Shown here: in pieces, positions 7,784 to 13,745 of the stretch
Layout of the letters: each line of letters begins with the position of its first letter
Position numbering within the stretch: the stretch's first letter is position 1
Assembly (NCBI GenBank): GCA_964449215.1
Contig: CAYVAH010000017.1
Location: 1 to 15,450, forward strand
From: Candidatus Undinarchaeota archaeon
GTDB lineage: Archaea; SpSt-1190
Direction: 5' to 3'
DNA length: 15,450 bases
Made by a program: the position numbers and the translations under genes
Notes under the pieces: generated by a model
The model's database searches: none
The model's input: the letters and a program-made list of their open reading frames with translations, nothing else
What the model was told of the DNA's origin: nothing

Positions 7784-9517
7784 CTATTCTCCAGCGTACC
7801 ACTCCCCCCTGGCTTTCTGCTCCCTGTCCTTCCGTGAGCCCTGCTTGTTCACCCTGGGACGCTTGCTCTGCGGGTCCCTGCGCAGGGTGATGCCGACAGA
7901 CTCGAGAAAAAGGTTCATTCCCTTTGTGACCTCCATGGGACCAAGAACCTCACCGTGCACACCCGGTTCGCCAACAAAAACCATCATGCGATCACTCAGG
8001 TAATCCACAAACATGAGGTCGTGCTCCACAACTATGGCGGACTTGCCGGAGTTCTGCATCAACCTCTTCACGAGCTTTGCCAGTCTGAGACGCTGCTCGC
8101 TGTCCAGGAAAGCCGAAGGCTCGTCCAGCAGGTAGAGGTCGGCGTCCTGGGCGAGTGCCAGACCCACAGCGACCCTCTGCAGTTCGCCGCCGGAGAGCTC
8201 ACGGGCATTCCGGTCAAGTAAGTAGGTGAGGTCCAAAGGCGCGAAAATATCACGGTTGAGGTTCATTCCCTCCGGGGGGTCCACGGACTCGAAAAGCTCG
8301 CCAACCCGGGCATCCCTTGGCTCCACATACTGGGGCTTGTAGCTGACACGAAGCTCCTCGCTCAGCTCGCCTTTCTTGGGCTTTATCACACCGGCAAGGA
8401 GCTTCACAAAGGTCGTCTTGCCCAGGGCATTCCTGCCGACCACCCCAACAATTTCCTGCCCCCCTATCCACCCGGCCGCCACTGAAAGCCGGAAGCTCCC
8501 CAGCTCGACCTCCATGTCCGAGAAAGCCACGAGTTCCCCCGCAGCCATCGACTCCGTGCGGGCCTGGGTAAACTTCAGCGGCTCCTGGCGAATCCGCAGG
8601 TTCTCAGCCCGGAGATAACCATCAAGGAACTCATTTATTCCCACACGAACACCCTTGCGCATCGAAACCGTCCCATAGACGCCCGGCTGACCGTAGGTGA
8701 TGTGAATGGTGTCGGCAAGGTAGTCGAGCATTACAAGGTCATGCTCAACCACAAAAACACGGGGAGCAAACTCCTTGATCGCCCTCGACACACGCAGGCG
8801 CTCGTATATGTCCAGAAAGCTGCCCGGCTCATCAAAGAAATAGATGTCCGCCTTCTTGGCAAGTGTGGCCGCTATGGCAACCCTCTGCAGCTCACCGCCG
8901 GAGAGCTCCCCGAGGCTCCTGTTGAGCAAGCCCTGCAGGGACAGTGAGTCGAGGATGTCGGCAAGCTTGCCCCGTTCATCGACCTTTTCAAGAAGCTCTC
9001 CGACTTTTCCCTTATAGAGCCGTGACAGGGCGGTTATGTTCTGGGGTTTGTAGCTCACGCGGAGCTTTCCATCCGCCAGCTTCTGCAGGTAGCCGCCTAT
9101 TTCGGTGCCGGCGTAACGCTCCACCACCGGGCCCCACTCCCTGTTGTCCCCACTAAGGTTCGGCACCAGCTGCCCGGAGTAGATGCGCAGGACCGTGGTC
9201 TTGCCCGTGCCGTTTGGCCCGAGAATTCCAACGGACTCCCCGGGAATTGGGAGACCGAAAAGGGCAAACCGGTTGGGTCCATAGCGGTGGACAGGCTCTC
9301 CCGCAGCCTCGGGGAGGTTCACAACCGAAATGGCATGAAATGGACACACACGCGCACAGATACCACAGCCTATGCACATGGACTCATCTATGACAGCCTT
9401 TTCACCTATGCGAATTATGTCGGGCTTGCCGGATTTCACAATGGGACAGAACTTGAAGCACTCTTGACCGCATTTTTCCGGCCGGCACCTGTCCTTGTCA
9501 ACAACTACTATCCTCAC
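7784..9517 (-). CDS. rli: ABCE1/RLI ribosome recycling ATPase
   Basis: N-terminal 2x[4Fe-4S] Cys motifs (CRPEKCGQECFKFCP, CIGCGICARVCPF), HRYGPNRF, two NBDs (GPNGTGKTT, GRNALGKTT; LSGGELQRVA twice), hinge RRDPQSKRPRVNK. Confidence 0.97.
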   Translation of the reverse strand: MRIVVVDKDRCRPEKCGQECFKFCPIVKSGKPDIIRIGEKAVIDESMCIGCGICARVCPFHAISVVNLPEAAGEPVHRYGPNRFALFGLPIPGESVGILGPNGTGKTTVLRIYSGQLVPNLSGDNREWGPVVERYAGTEIGGYLQKLADGKLRVSYKPQNITALSRLYKGKVGELLEKVDERGKLADILDSLSLQGLLNRSLGELSGGELQRVAIAATLAKKADIYFFDEPGSFLDIYERLRVSRAIKEFAPRVFVVEHDLVMLDYLADTIHITYGQPGVYGTVSMRKGVRVGINEFLDGYLRAENLRIRQEPLKFTQARTESMAAGELVAFSDMEVELGSFRLSVAAGWIGGQEIVGVVGRNALGKTTFVKLLAGVIKPKKGELSEELRVSYKPQYVEPRDARVGELFESVDPPEGMNLNRDIFAPLDLTYLLDRNARELSGGELQRVAVGLALAQDADLYLLDEPSAFLDSEQRLRLAKLVKRLMQNSGKSAIVVEHDLMFVDYLSDRMMVFVGEPGVHGEVLGPMEVTKGMNLFLESVGITLRRDPQSKRPRVNKQGSRKDREQKARGEWYAGE

Positions 9518-9549
9518 AGAAGGGAAAAGAGGGTCGGGTTTTAAAGGGG

Positions 9550-9858
9550 TTACTCCATAATCTGGATTTCAATATGCACGTTCTCCGGCACCTGGAGGCG
9601 CATAATCTGCCGCATGACCCGCTCGTCCAGAGAAATATCGACTATGCGCTTGTGAATCCGTTTCTCCCAGCGTTCCCACCTCTGTGTGCCCTCACCATCC
9701 GGCGAGGTCAGAGTGGTTATGCGCAGGCGCTTGGTCGGCAGAGGAACCGGGCCGGAAACCTTCACGCCGGCCTTCTCCCCCATCCTCCGGATATCCCAGG
9801 CGAGATTATCAACTATCTCGGGCTTTATCCCGCTTAGCTTTATTCTCGCCTTCCTCAT
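9550..9858 (-). CDS. rpsJ: 30S ribosomal protein uS10
   Basis: ARIKLSG, SGPVPLPTKRL, SPDGEG..WERWEKRIHKRIVD and MRLQVPENVHIEI: archaeal-type S10. Confidence 0.97.
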   Translation of the reverse strand: MRKARIKLSGIKPEIVDNLAWDIRRMGEKAGVKVSGPVPLPTKRLRITTLTSPDGEGTQRWERWEKRIHKRIVDISLDERVMRQIMRLQVPENVHIEIQIME

Positions 9859-9878
9859 ACGGGAACCACAGGGTTGCG

Positions 9879-9910
9879 TTTAAAAAGTTAATCTGAGAAA
9901 ACCTTAAAAA
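9879..9910. promoter_or_regulatory. Back-to-back TATA boxes for rpsJ (-) and the orphan gene (+)
   Basis: TTTTTAAA on minus (9886-9879), 20 nt before ATG9858; TTAAAAA on plus (9904-9910), 21 nt before ATG9932. Confidence 0.65.
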
Positions 9911-9922
9911 CCGGGGGAGATT

Positions 9923-11419
9923 ATGGTTCAAATGGGTTACCACTCTGAAGTACCCAATCCTTACCACAGCACAGTCATTGACCGAGCCAAGAAGATCTGG
10001 GAATCTGCAGATAAAGTTGCAAGGGAAAGCAACTTGAACAACCTTGTCCTTGACGAGGGCCTTCGACCGGACATTGAGGAGTTTGTCCATTCTGTGGAAG
10101 TTGACGGGGAGGGATATTTGTTCTGCCGTGCCCCGTGGCTGGATGACCCTGATAAGATGACGGAGGCTGGGTTTGCACTAAAGGTTGATGAACTTGGGTT
10201 TCGGGTTTATCCCTATATTTATAGACGTGTTGACGGAAAGAAGAAGGTACTGAGTAAACTGCCACAATGTGTGCACATAGCTTACAGCAGTGATGGCACA
10301 CGGAAAGGAGTCGCACTGAGCGCAGTAGATTCAGCAGCATTTTTCATATATCACTATTTGGTCGATTTAGCCCGTGGAGAAGAACTCCCCTTAAAGATAT
10401 TTGATGACAAGCTCTACCAGCAGCTTGTCAGCAGGCTAGCTACGGACCCTGACGCCGGCAAACGTATTGTTGAGCTCAGACTTGAGTATATTCTGCGGGG
10501 ATATGACCGCCTCGACCCCAGCAACCCAGCGTATGAGTTCCACCTGAAAATGGCGAATGAGAACCTGCTGAACTTCCTGTTCGGGTGTGAGGATAACATC
10601 ACCAATGAGGGATTCATAGATCTTATTGACCCGAAGATAATCATGCCATATTTTGAAACACTGTATGATTCGCTCTCCAAAGACATAGAAAAAACAAAAA
10701 GCCCGGCAACTAAATCACAAATCGCATACAGGGTTATCCATCTGGTAACCAAGAGCCAGTCCTTACCTGGGGGACCTATTTTTCCCAAAGAAGACACAAT
10801 GCAAAAGATATATCGATCACTTCTCGAACTTTCAACCCCCCACCTCCTCCTGGAACATCACGAACTATTATATGAAGTCAGGGTGCTCGCAACCGTTACA
10901 GGAGTGGCTCCCTCTAACGAAGTGCTCCAGGAGGCATATGAAAATTATATCGCGGGGGGTCGTCTTGACTGCGTGAAAAAGCTGAAGGAAATTTTTAAGA
11001 TGGAACCGAGCCATAAGGCATTGCAGAAAGGTTACAAAAAGTATTTGGAGTCCACATACGAAAACTCTTCTCGCATATACAAGGATCCGGATCGTGAAAA
11101 AGAGCTCAAAGAAACTCTAAAGTCGTTTGTGGAGCTACTCGGTGCGGGCCCAGGTGATAGAACAATGCATCACCTTTACGAAAAGTTCCTGGCGGAACCT
11201 ACCGACCTTGAATACAAAGTAAAACTAACGAAGTACCTTATTGGGGTTTCCGGGGTGGCTCCCAAACGCAAGGTGCTGGAAAACCTTTACCTTGAATGCA
11301 TGTTCCAACCACCATATGGATTACTGGGGGACGGCCCGGATAAGACTCCACTAGTAGAAGAACTGGCAGAATTCTGCGGCATAGACCCAGAAAGCCTTTT
11401 CAACATAGAGTTGCAATAA
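9923..11419 (+). CDS. Hypothetical protein with C-terminal helical repeats
   Basis: 498-codon open frame filling the whole tuf-rpsJ interval on the opposite strand; five P-x4-[LM]-x3-Y repeats. The start may be ATG9932 by TATA spacing. Confidence 0.85.
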   Translation: MVQMGYHSEVPNPYHSTVIDRAKKIWESADKVARESNLNNLVLDEGLRPDIEEFVHSVEVDGEGYLFCRAPWLDDPDKMTEAGFALKVDELGFRVYPYIYRRVDGKKKVLSKLPQCVHIAYSSDGTRKGVALSAVDSAAFFIYHYLVDLARGEELPLKIFDDKLYQQLVSRLATDPDAGKRIVELRLEYILRGYDRLDPSNPAYEFHLKMANENLLNFLFGCEDNITNEGFIDLIDPKIIMPYFETLYDSLSKDIEKTKSPATKSQIAYRVIHLVTKSQSLPGGPIFPKEDTMQKIYRSLLELSTPHLLLEHHELLYEVRVLATVTGVAPSNEVLQEAYENYIAGGRLDCVKKLKEIFKMEPSHKALQKGYKKYLESTYENSSRIYKDPDREKELKETLKSFVELLGAGPGDRTMHHLYEKFLAEPTDLEYKVKLTKYLIGVSGVAPKRKVLENLYLECMFQPPYGLLGDGPDKTPLVEELAEFCGIDPESLFNIELQ

Positions 11420-11432
11420 AAAAGAAAAAGGG
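11418..11432 (-). terminator. Oligo-T archaeal terminator after tuf
   Basis: Minus strand reads CCCTTTTTCTTTTTTT just downstream of the tuf stop codon. Confidence 0.6.
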
Positions 11433-11434
11433 AA

Positions 11435-12709
11435 TTATTTGGGAACGACATCGATGACCATTCCAACGGCCACTGTCATTCCCATGTCCCTGATTGCGAA
11501 CCTACCGAGAGGAGGTATCTCCTTGTATTTTTCTATCACCATGGGTCGGGTAGGTTCGACCTCGATCAGCGCCGCGTCACCTGCCTTGATGAAGTCCGGG
11601 TTCTCCTGCACCACCTGTCCGGTCTTCGGGTCTATCTTCTTCAGTATCTTTGTTATACGGCAGGCAACCTGTGCAGTGTGTGCGTGGAACACAGGCGCGT
11701 ATCCCGGGGCTATCACGGATGGGTGGTTCATCACGACTATCTGAGCCGTGAAGCTCTTGGCCACCGTCGGGGGTTTATCGACCGGCCCAACGACGTCACC
11801 CCTGCGGACGTCGCCCTTTCCAACCCCCCTCACGTTGAACCCCACATTGTCCCCGGGGTTCGCCTCTGTCAGCTGCTGGTGGTGCATTTCTATGCTCTTC
11901 ACCTCGCCCTGCACATGCGCTGGCTCGAACATCACCTTCATGCCCGGCTTCAGGACACCCGTCTCGACCCTGCCCACAGGAACCGTACCAACACCCGTGA
12001 TGGTGTAGACGTCCTGCAACGGGAGTCGCAAGGGCATCTTCTTCAGGTCCTCAATGCTGGGCGGAGCCAAGTGGTTGTCTATAGCCTCAACCAAGGTTTC
12101 ACCCTTCCACCAGGGCATGTTCTCGCTCTTCTTCGCAACATTGTCACCCTTGTACCCGCTGGTTGGAATGAATGGTATCTTTGAGGGATCAAAGCCCACG
12201 AGCTTCAGGTATTTGCTGACCTCCTCTTTGACTTCCTCGTATTTCTTCTGGTCATAACCGACCTCGTCCATCTTGTTGATGGCCACAATAATCTGCGAAA
12301 TACCGAGGGTCTTCGCGAGGGTTATGTGCTCCTTTGTCTGTTCCTGAACACCATCCTTGGCCGACACCACGAGAACAGCACCGTCCGCCTGACTGGTTCC
12401 CGTAATCATGTTCTTTATGAAGTCCTTGTGTCCGGGAGCGTCAATGATGGTCACGTAATACTTGGGAGTCTTGAACTCGTGATGCATGAGGTCTATTGTG
12501 AGTCCTCGCTCCCTCTCCTCCTTCAGCCGGTCCATCACGAACGCAAACTCAAAAGTGGCTTTCCCTGCCTTCTTGGCTTCCTCCTCAAGCTTCCTCATGA
12601 CGTTCTCGGGAACAAACCCGGTGTCAAAGAGGAGCCTACCTATTGTGGTGCTTTTACCGTGGTCCACATGCCCGATAAACACCACGTTCAAGTGCGGTTT
12701 TTCTGCCAT
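11435..12709 (-). CDS. tuf: Translation elongation factor EF-1alpha (archaeal)
   Basis: [30 protein letters not shown] and [12 protein letters not shown]12709 (MAEKPHLN) is preceded by SD AGGTGA (12720-12715). Confidence 0.99.
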   Translation of the reverse strand: MAEKPHLNVVFIGHVDHGKSTTIGRLLFDTGFVPENVMRKLEEEAKKAGKATFEFAFVMDRLKEERERGLTIDLMHHEFKTPKYYVTIIDAPGHKDFIKNMITGTSQADGAVLVVSAKDGVQEQTKEHITLAKTLGISQIIVAINKMDEVGYDQKKYEEVKEEVSKYLKLVGFDPSKIPFIPTSGYKGDNVAKKSENMPWWKGETLVEAIDNHLAPPSIEDLKKMPLRLPLQDVYTITGVGTVPVGRVETGVLKPGMKVMFEPAHVQGEVKSIEMHHQQLTEANPGDNVGFNVRGVGKGDVRRGDVVGPVDKPPTVAKSFTAQIVVMNHPSVIAPGYAPVFHAHTAQVACRITKILKKIDPKTGQVVQENPDFIKAGDAALIEVEPTRPMVIEKYKEIPPLGRFAIRDMGMTVAVGMVIDVVPK

Positions 12710-12714
12710 CTCAA

Positions 12715-12781
12715 TCACCTTTAGCTTAAAGGAAGCCGTGGAGGTTTTTTAAAAGTATCTCCCGCGGAAGAGTTTTTTAAA
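12715..12781. promoter_or_regulatory. Divergent promoter region tuf / aIF-2beta, with the tuf Shine-Dalgarno
   Basis: Minus: TTTTAAAA (12754-12747) and SD AGGTGA (12720-12715). Plus: purine-rich GGAAGAG then TTTTTTAAA (12773-12781), 20 nt before ATG12802. Confidence 0.7.
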
Positions 12782-12801
12782 CGGTCCCGAGTCTCCCCCG
12801 T

Positions 12802-13206
12802 ATGGACTATGAGAAGATGCTCGACCGCGCCTACGAGCGCATGCCCAAGATGGTCTTTGAAAAGAAGAGGTTCGAGGTGCCAAAAGCACAGGTGTCCATA
12901 GAAGGAAACAAGACCCTTGTAAAGAATTTCAATGAGCTCTGTGATGTGCTGAACCGCAGTCCCGACCACCTGCTGAAGTTCCTGGGGAAGGAGATGGGGG
13001 CGTCCTGCAGAAGGGACGGCTCACGCGCGGTGTTTGTAGGAAAATTTGGATCGACCACCATAAACCAGAAAATAGAAAGGTACACCAGGACATACGTGCT
13101 CTGCCCGGTCTGCGGAAAGCCCGACACCAAGCTGGTCAGGGTGGACCGAATCCTCGTGATGAAGTGTATGGCCTGCGGAGCAACCAGCCCCGTTCCCCAG
13201 CTATGA
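12802..13206 (+). CDS. eif2b: Translation initiation factor aIF-2 beta subunit
   Basis: MDYEKMLDRAY, RFEVP, EGNKT.VKNF, LNR.PDHLLKFL.KEMG and the C4 zinc ribbon CPVCGKPDT...CMACG. Confidence 0.96.
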   Translation: MDYEKMLDRAYERMPKMVFEKKRFEVPKAQVSIEGNKTLVKNFNELCDVLNRSPDHLLKFLGKEMGASCRRDGSRAVFVGKFGSTTINQKIERYTRTYVLCPVCGKPDTKLVRVDRILVMKCMACGATSPVPQL

Positions 13207-13599
13207 CTTCTTTTCCGCGGGCTCTACCTTAACCTCGGGCATCCGGACGGGCAGTGGAAGGAGGAGCTCCTTTGCGAGCCCTATGGCCAGAACCATTGGC
13301 TCCACGAATATGCGCTGATAAGCCTGCCGCGCAGCCTCTGCATCCACAAGCTTGCCTTTCTTTATAACCTTCTTTGCGTCCAGCCCAATAAAGTAGATAG
13401 AACCACCCACTTCGATGGAACCGACATTCGGCTTGTAGTTTGCTGAGAGCTTGTATCCAACCTTCACGAGCTGGAGCTCACCAGCCTTCTCGGCCTTGGC
13501 CCCGAGGAGCGCCGGCTTGACCTCCACGGTCATCCCTTTTGGAATCTTCTCACTCCTGTTCGCCTTAACGTCCTCGATTGTAACTCTCCAGACTGGCAT
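13201..13599 (-). CDS. Conserved archaeal protein, probable SecB-like fold
   Basis: Start ATG13599 (21 nt after TATTAAAT, 13628-13621). Beta-strand pattern, Y.P.VG.IE..G.IY and C-terminal L.KEL.LP.P..MP.V recall a conserved archaeal family (from recollection, not a search). Confidence 0.65.
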   Translation of the reverse strand: MPVWRVTIEDVKANRSEKIPKGMTVEVKPALLGAKAEKAGELQLVKVGYKLSANYKPNVGSIEVGGSIYFIGLDAKKVIKKGKLVDAEAARQAYQRIFVEPMVLAIGLAKELLLPLPVRMPEVKVEPAEKKS

Positions 13600-13745
13600 G
13601 TATGTGTCCGGGAGGGAGCTATTTAATACTTCGCATAAGCATAAAAACTTTTCTTTCAACAAAATAAAAAATGACTTTTAATAGCCAGAAAAAGGCAAAA
13701 ACAAGTGTCAAAAATGGTTTTAACTGCAGGGCGTATGGTGCTTGG

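Noticed and set aside
8165..8910. DNA repeat ACCCTCTGCAG.TC.CCGCCGGAGAGCTC at ~8172 and ~8880
   Set aside because: Explained by the duplicated LSGGELQRVA signature of the two ABCE1 nucleotide-binding domains.
9518..9549. tRNA downstream of rpsJ, as in many archaea
   Set aside because: Only 32 nt, occupied by the ABCE1 promoter.
9887..11434. IS/transposon interpretation of the inserted gene
   Set aside because: No transposase or integrase motifs, terminal inverted repeats or target-site duplication recognised.
11439..12752. Plus-strand ORFs over tuf (and similar ones over ABCE1)
   Set aside because: Antisense shadows of highly conserved genes.
13600..13745. glmS ribozyme or other ncRNA upstream of glmS
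   Set aside because: The region is AT-rich with no convincing stems, and a TATA-like box lies 22 nt before the start, leaving no leader. The short GCATAAGCATAA duplication is too weak to call an operator.
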